In this document: one piece after another, positions 28,201-40,300 of the stretch
Layout: every line of letters starts with the position of its first letter
How positions within the stretch are numbered: the first letter of the stretch is position 1
Assembly: GCA_964199315.1 (NCBI GenBank)
Contig: OZ116704.1
Location: forward strand, 15,128,001-15,192,000
Direction of reading: 5' to 3'
Source of the DNA: Orbicella franksi
Taxonomy: Eukaryota
Length of the DNA: 64,000 nucleotides
Made by a program: the position numbers and the translations under genes
The notes under the pieces: generated by a model
The model's database searches: none
Told to the model about the DNA's origin: nothing
Seen by the model: only the letters and a program-made list of their open reading frames with translations

Positions 28201-31200
28201 AATATTCTCCATCCTTAGCCATCCTTGTTCCTTTATGGTTTATTATTATCTCTTTGGTGTTTTTCTATCTTAGTAAACTTTTATTTTCAGGTTTCCTACA
28301 ATCTAAAGGTAATTTTGAACGTGGCCAAAATAACTCAGAATAACGTGACTGATCTCCATCAGTTATTGGGCAAATTTTCATGCAGTGTTGCATGTTTTTG
28401 AAAGTTTTAATTTTGGAAACTTTGTAATGAAATCGATATTTTGACACTGTGTTTTTAAGGTTTCACTTTGTGTTTTAGGTGCTTCTTCCTGCTATAACTG
28501 CCCCGCGGGATACCAGTGTATCAAAGCTGTCTTACCTGACCCATGCCCTGCAGGATTTTACTGTCCCGAAGGAACTGGATATGATACACAACCCTGTCCT
28601 GTGGGCACTATTGGTAACAGAACAGGTTTGGCCAATGAGAGTGAGTGTACACAATGTCCTGGTGGATTTTACTGTGAGACGGCTGGTCGTTACACTGTCA
28701 CTGGCAAATGTCAGGGAGGTACGTCAAATCATTATGTCAAACATTGTAGGTAAGATGACTTGTCCAAACCAGCCCAAACCACAGTTAATAGAGGGAAATG
28801 GTTAAGAAACCTGGCAAAATGCAAAAGGTGGTTATTTGTGCTCATACAACTAACCGATGGAAACATTGCGATTATGTAATTCATACATAGTCTATGAGCA
28901 TAGAACAAAAGATGTGCAGGGTTAAGGACCTATCATAAATCTTAGTCTGTTTGTTTGCTTCTTTGATCTTTACCGGGCTTCTTAACCATTTCCCCCCATT
29001 AACTATGCCCAAACAGAGGGGGTGTTGTTCCAGGAATAACAATTGCACGAAAGAGGGTAAATGGAGTGTGAAAGTTGACGTTGATGTTTATTAAACGTTT
29101 TTAATTTCAGGTTTTTACTGTACATCTGGCGTGAATGTCAGTGCCCCTGATCAGCATTTCACTGGAATAGGAGGCAAGTGTCCAGTAGGGCACGAGTGCC
29201 CAGAAGGTAGCAGCACGTCTCATCCATGTGACCCTGGATATTATGCGGCTGTAGAAGGAATGTCAGCTTGTGATGTGTGTCCTGCAGGTGGGTAAACTGT
29301 CATCACTACCATTAGAGCGGTTTTCTAGTGAAAGTCGTAAAGCTAAAACCAAAGTTATCACTCTAGCCAATCACAAAGGACAGAGACAATACAATGAACC
29401 AATCAAAGCTCGAAGGAACTCCATGTAGCTGGCGTAAAGCGCGGGAAAACGCGTGCGAGTGAGTCGTGGTCTATTTTGGTTTTACTTCTGATTGGATGAA
29501 AAAGTGGCGCGAGTTTTTTAAGCAAATCCCGTGGCGTAGTTGATGCAAAACCAATCACGTTTTGACACTCAAATGAAAACCGCTCTATCATAATATGCAC
29601 TTAATGCTAATTGATGTGAGGACGTTTGTAATTTTTTCAGTCATGTAGTAAACAACAACAACAACAAAAAGCTTTATTCCCCTTGATCTCAGACATATTT
29701 GACAAAGTTATATATTAATAGAGTTATGGGACTGGCTGCCTAAAATAACTAGAGAGTTAACAAGGGCAAATAAACAGGTCTACAGGTAAATGAGTAATCA
29801 TATGTAAGCTCGAACAATTAAGAATTTACTTCACTCCTATTAGTTGACTTTGCACTCGTTTAAAGGCTCGTGCAAGTTCAAGAATATTTTTAAATAGCAG
29901 TCGTCGTTTAAATCCTAAAATAATCGCACTCACATTTATACCATTACCTATACTTACAGCCGTCTTTGTCGCAACCGTATCAGTTCATATTTTAGAATTC
30001 TTCCACATGACGTCGCGGTGATGTTTTTGTTCACGATAAGTTATCAAGATGTGATATATCTTTGTCTCCAGGTAAATACTGCGATGGGACTACAGTCACC
30101 CCAGCGTCCTGTCCTAATGGACATTTTTGTCCGAATGGCACGGAATTTGCCACCCAGTATCCATGCAGACCAGGAACTTACAACAATGTCACTGACCAAA
30201 CCTCTGAGGCTGCCTGTAAGCTATGTGATCCTGGGAAGTACTGCGAGGGTTATGCACGAGTGTGGCCTAATGACTATTGCGATGAAGGTTTTTTCTGCTC
30301 TGGTGGATCGTGGTCCAAGCGTCCTGGAGACATTGGTGTGGCCAATTACGATAATGCAACAAGCCCCGCTGACAGTTGTTACACAGTGTTCGAATGTGTG
30401 TGCCCAGCATGGAACAAAACAACAGGTGGAACAAAAATGCTCAGTCAAAATTATCGTCTTCCTGCTTTTGAATCATAATTAAAATTGAAAATAATTTTCC
30501 GTACTCGGACCGCAATAAAAATGTTTTATGCTGGTGAAAGTTCTAGTTTATTAGAAACTAAAGGAACATCTTTTTAGGAATTAATCAGCTGTTGGTGAAC
30601 ATTGCCAGCTTACGGAACATTCAGTGGATTGCAGCGATACAAAATTTCTTGCCACAGAAAGCAGCACGTTCAAACGTCGCATAAGACAGGCAATTGAGAT
30701 CCTGCTACGAAAGTCCTCTTTGAATAGAGACAGTGGCTTCGCATTAGCTAAAATGTGACACTATTTTAGCCCCCTCAAGAACCTAATGAACATAATATAA
30801 CCCTTCTCAGCATTCACATTTTTGTAGCTGATGAAGTTCGGTTGAGCCGATCAAAATATTCCACTTTTTTAAATGTTTCATTGCACCCTAAGTACAGAAA
30901 ATTATTTTGTATTTTAATTCATTATTCTCAAAGTGTGTAGTGCTAACCCAAGGGAGCTTATTAATCACGTTTTCTAATTTTCTTGCAGGTGACATATGTC
31001 CAGCTGGTTATTATTGTCCCAGGGGCTCGTCTCGTCCTCTTCCTTGTAAACTTGGTCAGTACTGTCCACACACGGCGTTAGCTGAACCCGTAGGGAATTG
31101 TACCGCTGGATATTACTGCAATGACAGTTCAACTGTGCCAGATCAGTTTGATTGTCCAATCGGTCATTATTGTCCATCAGGAACGGGAATTCCAGTTCCT

Positions 31201-34200
31201 TGCCCCCAGGGAAAATTCTCTAACACAATAAAGAACACGGAACTTGCGGATTGTAGGGATTGTACAGCTGGGAGCTACTGTGCTGGTACGGGAAATTTTG
31301 CACCAACAAAGGAATGCGCTGCTAATTATTACTGTCCTGGTGGACAAAGCACAGCCACACCTGGAGAGTACCTCTGTACAGCAGGTCACTTCTGCAAAGT
31401 TGGAACACCACAGCCAGTCAGATGTGAAAATGGTACCTTCCAAAATGAACCTGGCAAAAGCTCTTGTAAGACTTGTCCGGAAGGCTATTCTTGTGATGCT
31501 ACCAATGCGGCTGTTGTTAATGCAACATTATGTCCGCCTGGTCATTATTGCCCCAATGGCACTGGCGATTATCGTGACTTCCCTTGCCCAGAACGTAAGT
31601 AGTCTTCCTATTCTAACACGAACAGCTAGCCTTTTGGGGTCTTTGATCCTTTGAAGCGATCAATGAGCATTTAAAGTAAGTTCGTGAGAATAACTCGATT
31701 GGAGGGAAGTTACCTTCAGGTGACCCATCAAACCTCTTCTAGCTGGTAATACAGTAAATGAAGACACCAAGCTGGCAACATTGTATTTTAAAATGTAATG
31801 CTAAGCTACTTTTCATCAGTTTAGGAAAGCTCTGTGCTTAGGTGCTGTCAGCTTAGCTGCTGTCTTTTAAGTGTCTTTAAAAGAGCTTCCCCTTTCCCTT
31901 CGTGGCTGCTACTGCAGTGTTCATTGGGACACTACCAATGACAAGCGTTTGTGCCAGTGATAAATAGAAAATTAAGTGATAAAACAACCTACACATGACT
32001 TCAAAGCGGTTGTTAAGGTCAGTTTTTACATGCCCTGTTTGTTAACTTGATTAACTGGATTAACTTGATTAACCGGCTCGGACTCTATTAGGTGTGACTC
32101 TTCAGCTGCTTTCTCTCCTATTCCAGGTACTTACAATGACAGATTAGGTTTGATGGCAATTGGAAACTGCACGGATTGTCCACGAGGAAAGTTCTGTGGC
32201 AGAGACGGCTTGACTCGGCCATCCGGCGACTGTTATGGCGGCCACTACTGCACGGAGCGATCAAAGTCTCCTGCGCCAGAAAAAGACCTTCTGGCCGTGA
32301 ACTACCCAGACCATGTGAACTTCCCATTCCCATACCTGAATGATGCCTGCCCTCCTGGACATTTTTGCCCTAATGGTACCGATCCTGAACCCTGCCCGTC
32401 TGGTACCTTTCATAATGAGGGTGGCATTTCCAACAGAACGCAGTGTCACCCATGCCCTGTAGGAAGGTATTGTAATGGCTCGGGAACACTGAACGGCACT
32501 GCTCCTCCATGTGATGCTGGATATGTATGCACTGGGGGGTCTAGCCAGCCAAAGCCTACCCACCCATCCATGGGTTACATCTGTCCTCGTGGCTTTCACT
32601 GCCCGGCTGGTAAGTAAATAACCAAAGTTCTGCTTGGTTTTTATTTTCAGACTGCTTTTCAGTGAAATAGGAGAACACGCTTTAAGTGTTATTTTGCCTA
32701 TATTTTTGCAAGAATCCTGATCGACTTTGTGAAAGTGTTTATAGTAAAAATAAACCACTTCTTTTTCATTTGAATAAATCTTTATTGCGTTACTTAGGTA
32801 CCCATACGGAGCTAAGCTGTCTTCCTGGTACCTATCAGCCCAATTTGGGACAAGGAGAGTGTATCTCATGTGGTCCTGGCAACATGTGTCCATACCAGAA
32901 CATGTCATCAGTCCAACCCTGTATAGCTGGCTATTATTGTCCCAATGGAACACTGGAGGCGTGTCCTGCAGGAACCTATGGCAATCGTAGTGGACTCTCT
33001 TCTATTGATATGTGCACTGACTGCCCTTCAGGGGTATTCTGTCAGGTAATGCTGAACTTGTCTGAGGCGCTAGGATTGATAGACTGTCTCCGTTCCACAC
33101 CTTGTTCCCTCTAGCTTCCAGAGGAGATGAGTATTTAATGGTTAATGGAATTTTTTCTTAGAACAGTATGCTAGTGTCCTTAACTTAGATGTGTCTCTAG
33201 CTTCCAAACAGCTCGGTAGGTGATATTCCAGAGAAGATGAGAAGAAATCCTTTTGGGAAATGGAATTTGTCTTGGAACAGTATGCTGGTATCCTTAACCT
33301 TGAACACGAGAACACAAGGACACGAGTATTTCTCCATACGCACAGTCGAAACTTAAAGAGAACTGGGGAATTAATAACTAGCATGGGATACTTAATAATT
33401 ATGCCACGAGCGCGCGTTGAATATGAGATGCTACGTACCTCGTTGGCTGTAAACATCTCATATCCAACAAGCGCAAGTGGAATAACTGTTTCATTAAAAT
33501 CGCCCCCAAAACATAGAAAACTAAAATAAAATAAAAATAAAAACGCCCCCACAAATTACGTGTACGCTCACCATATTTTTAGAGCATGCTATAATGGCTC
33601 ATATACCATGATGGCTAAGCCAATGAAAACTCTTGAACTGCGTTATTCAATGATCCAGTTTTTGATGCTCTTGTTACCGATCTTGTCCAACCTCAGGACT
33701 ATGCACAAACTGCTCCTAAAGGCCCATGTACGGCAGGTTGGTTCTGTGAAGGCAAAGCTAGTACCTCTACACCCACGTCAATACCAGAATACCCAAGAAA
33801 TGGCCTCTGCCCTACTGGTCACTTTTGTATCCAAGGCACCCGGGCACCTGCTCCGTGCCCCCCAGGCACATTCCGAAACAGCACTGGAGCACGGTCTGTG
33901 GATGACTGCCTTGACTGCTCCCCCGGTTTCTACTGTGAAGGCTATAATAACTCATATCCCACCGGACCATGTGCACCCGGCTTTTATTGCCCCCAGGGGT
34001 CAAGAGCTAACGTGTCCAAACCCACAGGATTTTTGTGCCCTGTTGGCCATTTCTGTCCGGGACAAACTGCAGAACCAATGGAATGTGATGCAGGTTTGTT
34101 AACGGCTTATTTACGTGATGAGAATAATTTTAAATTTGATTGTTTCAGTTTAAACTATATTTCGCTAGACTAAATTTTCACACTCGATTTTATACAACCT

Positions 34201-37200
34201 TTTGGAACTACAGTCAACTCCCGATAACTCGAACCTTCAAGGGAAATTGAAAAAGATTCGAGTTATCGGGAATTGATAACAAATGTCAGGAGATAAGGAA
34301 ATACGGTGTTTACGGTCTTTCTATTCATACAGTGTACATGTTAATCAAATTTAATTATGGAGAAGTCAAGTGAAAATGGAACAATACATTTCTAAGTTAC
34401 TGTATAAATCAGAGCGTATAAACGTAATGGCCTATTGCCCTGCTGGGTCAGCAATGGTGCAGCCTTGTTCTCCGGCATTTTTAAAGTTTCCGCAATTTTA
34501 AAAATACAGCGTAAAGCTCAGGAGAATTAAACTTCGGGACATTTGCGTTACTAAAGCACGTAACATAACGTAACGGACGTAACGTTTGTAACACGGTATA
34601 AATCACTTCAGTTTCATTGTACTGTACCGAGCAAAGATAATTACCTTTATGTAATAAATTTCCAGGTAATCCAGGTAAAGATCTTTAATTTACTTTTGAC
34701 AGGTTCTAATCAGCACAATAAAGGTCAGCCAGAATGCGACCTTTGCCCTGCAGGCTATTACTGTCCGATCAAGACCTCCATTCTAGAGAAGTGTCCCCCA
34801 AGGCACTACTGTCCAGCCGGTACCACTGTACCTCTTACCTGTCCTAATGGGACCTTCACACATGACAACATGACTGGCTTAGCAAACGCTTCTCAGTGTC
34901 TGCCTTGTATTACGGGTTTTTACTGCCGCATCGGCCAGGTGGTGGCACCTTGTGACGGTGGCTATTACTGCAAGTCTGGCAGTCCCGACCCAAACCCATC
35001 CGGCTATTGGTTTCCTGTTGAGGCCGCTCCATGTGCCGAAGGATATTATTGTCCTAATGGTACACTGCTGCCTATCCCGTGCCCTGCTAACACCATGAAG
35101 AATTACACTGGTGGCTATGGCATACTCAGTGACTGTACTCCTTGCCTAGCTGGAAGATACTGCCTAAATGGTAAAGTTGATGATGATAATGATGACTATG
35201 TTGATGATTAAATTAATTTTTTATTGATTTAACTTATAATATTACTTCTGAGTTCAATTGAGGTACAGTTTAACCTCCATCCCGCAGAGAAAAAAGTGTG
35301 TTACATTACTTGCTAAAAATTTCGAACGTTTAATTTTCGGACACTTTTTATCGTATTTCGGACAAATTTCGGAGAAAAAATTCGGACACTCTGCTGAAAC
35401 ATAACTAAAGTAAATTTAGACGTAAATAACTGAAACACGAATGAGGCTGAAACAACATCGAAAATGATCGCTTTACTGCACCCGCAAGGTTTTACAGATA
35501 TACCGACGAAAAAAATATCACAAATTGCATCGAGCCGATAGGTTTCTCAAGCAGTGTCTCGATTAGAGTTCGCACCATAAATGAATAAAGATCTTAGGAG
35601 CTACTTTAAAGTTTTTTATTGTACTATAAATATTTCGGACGCTTAAAAATTTCGGACGGTTTTATTTTCGGACTCTTTGTTCTGTCCGAAATTAAACTCG
35701 TGCGACCTTTTTTACAAGTTATGTGTAAGTGTCAACTTGATTTTTGCATGTTTCCTTCAGGAACCGCTAATGGTGTGTCTTGTCCGCGTGGAAAGTATTG
35801 CCCCCGTGGAGAGCCTCCGATAGACTGTCCCATTCACAGATACCGCGACATTGTTGGTGGCAAAGACTTGAACGACTGCTTCCCTTGTCCTGCTGGTTAC
35901 TGGTGTAATCTTACAGGCATGGTCAACTTCAACAACAGCAAATGTCCTGTTGGGAAATTTTGTCCAAGCCAACTTGGGCCCGTTCTCTGTGGGGCAGGAC
36001 GTCGGCGAGTCACCCCTGGGGCTGGAAGCAGGAGTGAATGTGATTTATGTCCCGGAGGCTACTACTGTCCTAATGATACAATAAACGTGCAGGGAATACC
36101 TTGTGATGCCAGGTATTACTGTCCAGTGGGTTCGTCACTGCAGCAACTTTGCCCAGGAGGAGCATATTGCACCGGTACAACTGCCACACCTATACCCTGC
36201 CCAGGTATGTGCTTATACGAGAATCTTTGCTGACGTCATTGTTTACATTTTTCCGTATTAACGTACGACTTTGCCTAGAAAAGTCATCACGCTAGATACG
36301 AATTGACTACAAACATTTAAAGAGCTTGTGAAACGTAGGAATTGGTGAAAGTTTTGGCTTATTGGGTGAAACATTCGAGGAGAAATTGGCTTTCAAAGAC
36401 TACAAAATGTTTGGGTGGGAAAAGCGCTAATGAGCTCATACATTCTTTGTAAAATGCTGAGTTCTTAACCCCGCGTCACACAAAAAATATTCAATACATC
36501 GGGCTCAAGTACCTCGGGACAGTTAATCGTGCTGTGCCCTTTCATTATTCAGAAGTAATGTTTTTGTAGCTCTATCAGAAACTGTATCGCGTATGCTAAT
36601 GAGGCAAATATTATGAACAAAGATTCCCCTATTACTATATTACTAGTGGTGTACCAAGACACTGTTCACATATGTGTACATAAGCAGTTTACAGTTGTGA
36701 TTATTCTGTGTTTCTCAGGTGGATCTTACTGTCCTAATGGATCATCCGTGGATTTTCTGTGTGAGTATCCTTACTACTGTCCACCAAACAGCACCCAAGA
36801 GTTAGAGTGCCAGCTTGGCTACCAGGCGTTAAATTCCTCTGGATTGCGAGACTCTCATGAAACAGACTGCGAGATTTGTCGAGGAGGGACATACGGCAAT
36901 CATCCTCAGCGGCTGGTGTGTGATACCTGCCCAGCGGGTTTCTTCTGCCCTAATGGCACTAAAGGACCTTTCGACAACCCCTGTCCAGAGGGGGCTTATT
37001 GTCCTGCTGGGTCAGCAGTGGCGCAGCCTTGTTCTCCTGGTTCCTATGGTAACCGTTCCGAAGCAACAGCGCCTTCTGATTGCTACCCCTGTCCGAGAAA
37101 CACGTACACTAATTTAGGCAATCAAACAGCTTGTCGACCATGTGGAAGCAGCTCTTTCTCAGAGGAAGGTCAGGCGGAGTGCACCTGTCGCGGTAAGAAC

Positions 37201-37314
37201 AGATATTTTCAGGTATCAGATGGTTCGTGTGACTGCCTGGCTGGATATGTGTTTTATGGCACGGCAGATAAGAAGATAGAAGAGGGCAATAGTGACCTGG
37301 ATTGTCAGCCTGAG
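108..37314 (+). CDS. Exons 1-37: extracellular Cys-rich repeat array (C-x-x-G-x-Y/F-C-P-x-G, G-T-Y/F-N) with dense N-glycosylation sequons
   Basis: Every exon in this span translates to CPxGxYCPxG / CxxCPAGxYC units, e.g. ORFs 15138-16385 and 23091-26237, typical of the GCC2_GCC3/Ephrin_rec_like repeat family. Many NxS/T sites. Confidence 0.9.
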
Positions 37315-40300
37315 GTTTGGAAACATTTCATTGATTCCAGTTGCTTTATCATTGTTGTGTTCCTATCACATCATTGTGCTATTGTTGTGTCTTTGGGAAA
37401 GATGCTTCACTTTCACAGTGTATTTTTTGATCCATGAAAACAACTTACAATGTTAGTAAATGTTAAATGTTTATAGTGGTCGATGCGCTTAGCTATAACT
37501 AGCTAGTTCTTAGGCGTGCCACTTAAACTGAAAGAAAGGAATATTTCAAGTAAGCATAACAGGCTTAAAATCCTAATTGGCGGGAGGCAGACCAGTTGGC
37601 TATTTACAAGCATGACCGGTGAGCTGAACTAGGGTCGACTGAGAAACAACTCCAGCTTAGTGGTCAGAGCAGGACTTGAACCTGCGACCCCACTCGGCCA
37701 CGCCGCCTCCTTACTTATTAGCATCCAATTAATTTAGAGTATAAGTAGTCCATTGTGAACCAATCACTGAAGCTCTTACTTTCAATAATCACCGGGCTTG
37801 TTACTCACGTCATTCACTAACAATGTTACAAATACTTAATCCGTAGGAGGATCCTCGATGTAGCAACAGCGAAGTTCGCAGAGCATCAGATCGACAGTGT
37901 GTCGACCCAGAAGAGGAAAATCAAAAATGCATTGAACGGTGTGGCAGTGAAAGGGCAACATTTGCTACTGATACAGGTGTCTGTTATTGTCCGTACACTG
38001 AGGACTGTAACGCTACCTGTGAGAGGGACAGACCCAAGTGTTCGTTACAGAGGCTTGCGGAGGGGACGCTAGTGATTCGTTACCTTGACGGCAGTGGAAA
38101 TTCACGGTCTTTTAATATCACACTGGAATTAGGAGTTAACGACCACGACAATGACGAACATGAATGTCAATTCGTCTTCGTTGATTCTCAGCAACCTGTG
38201 TTTGCGTGGGTACCAAAATCTCTGGACGAAGTGTCCGAGCAATTCGAGCCGTCCTCTACGCCGTCGGCGCGTAGACGTCGAAGGGCCGTTGGCGATAACA
38301 CGACAAGTGCGCCGACTACTAACAATGCGATCGCTAACCCAACATTGTGTCTGGCGTACGGTCAAGCATTAACCTTCAAAATCGAAATCAACCCTCTAAA
38401 CCGCACCGCAAGTCACTATCCACGATACCGCAAGAATCACCTATTAAACAAAAACAACGCGTTTGATTACGGCAACTTCAGGCAACTGCATTCTCTTGTA
38501 CTCGACTCGAACAAGACCCTGGATTTCTTCATGCATGTGTTCACGCAAAATGGAACCTTCGTGTTTTACGATAATGCCGACCCCTTCCGAGAGACAATTG
38601 TGACTGTTGTCGAGCGAGGTTCCAGTTGTCCAACTAGCAGCGTTTCACCCACAACTCAGCAAACTTTGGTGACACTTGGAGTCAGTCGCCAAAACGTAAG
38701 TGGTTGTCGCTAGCAGGTCATTGATTAAAGATTGGCAAGATATTACGTGTCTGGAAACATGAATTCAGTACATTCGAAAAGGTCATGGACTTTTGGTGAA
38801 AACAATTTTTTTTCAGGTTTCATTCCCCCGTGTTAAAGGAGCCACGTCACGGTTTTCACATCTTGAAAAGTTTAACCTAAATATTTCACGTTCGTTTTTA
38901 ATACGTGTTAATCTTCTCCATCCTTAGCTTTTATGCTTCATTATCATCTCTTTGGTGTTTTTCTATCTTAGTAAACTATTATTTTCAGGTTTTCTTTAAT
39001 TTAAAGGTAATTTTGTACGTGGCCAAAATGACTCAAAATGCCTTGACTGAGCTCCTTTAAGTAGATCAGTTGTTAAAATACTACACAAGTATTTGATTCT
39101 CGGCTCTGACAAAAGCCAGACTTAATACGACGAAAAGAGTAGGGCACGTAGTTCCCGGTGTTGTGGTCTGGCCTTGTCTGAGCGTATTCACTCACCTGTC
39201 CAGCTGTCATGCAAATTTATTGAAACAAAAGAAAGTGCTTACATAAGAAAAGAGTTGAACTCCCACAGGATTGGTTTGGTACACCAACATGGCCGCCGTT
39301 TCATTGTTTTGGAACACCAATATGGCTGCCATAACGACATGTGCATACGCTCCACAGGGTTAACCTCACTGCACATGTCTTCTTCCCCCCCCCCCCCCCC
39401 CTTGGACAGAATTGTCCAAGGAAAAAATTACTATGACTATGAAACACGCAACTCACGTGAACTCTGTTTTGTAATTCTAGCCAACTAACCTGTCTCCAGA
39501 CTGGCCAGTAATCTGGGGTATGATTGTGTTCATGCTGATATGTATTATTATGCTGGTGATCGCTGTCATCATATGGCGCCCAAAGAGCATTGGACGATAT
39601 CCTATCCGAACACTCAGACCCAAATACAAAGCTCTTGGTGCACCTGTTCCTGTTGTCCCTATACCAGGTACATATTTTGTAACCTCTGGTTTGTCACACA
39701 AGTCAGTTTGATGATAATGGATAATAATGAAACTTTCAACGTTTTGATTGTTACCTGATTATTAATGATGGTAATAGGACTGAGTGGAGTCCAATTCGGT
39801 CTGTAATCATGCGAGTGATTGACAAAATCGAACGACCGCGAAGCGGGAGTCCGATTTGTTAATCACGAGTATGATTACAGACTGAATTGGACGACACGAT
39901 GTACTGTTACCTATAAATCAATCATAACCACGATTACAATTTCCCAAAAAAGTAAAAGTCATTTGAAAAATTGCTTTTAACTGTCATTCTTAAATATGAT
40001 AATTACAAATATGGAGAATAGCTTGAAAAATGGCTGTTAAGTTTCTTTGAAAACAGGCAACGGAGATAAACCTTGACAATTTTACAAAGTCACTCATTTG
40101 AATTGGTTACTATAGTGACTGTAATCAGTGTTGTGATTGGTAGATTTAGTCGAGAAGACTTAGAATGATTGGCTAATGTCCGATTACAGATGTCCGATTA
40201 TAGCCAACTTCCCGATTACACTGTCGGATTTCAGCTTTGCAGATGAATATTAGTGCAAAATACAGTATATGTACCAATCACACCAAAGAAAATTGCAATT

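Noticed and set aside
33260-33560. ORFs 33260-33529 and 33142-33552
   Set aside because: They lie in interspersed repeat family A within an intron; no protein-like features.
108-37314. Calling the gene an Eph receptor, SVEP1, SCUBE, MEGF or laminin
   Set aside because: No kinase, CUB, vWA, sushi, pentraxin or laminin globular domains are seen; only the shared Cys-rich repeat type, so no symbol was assigned.
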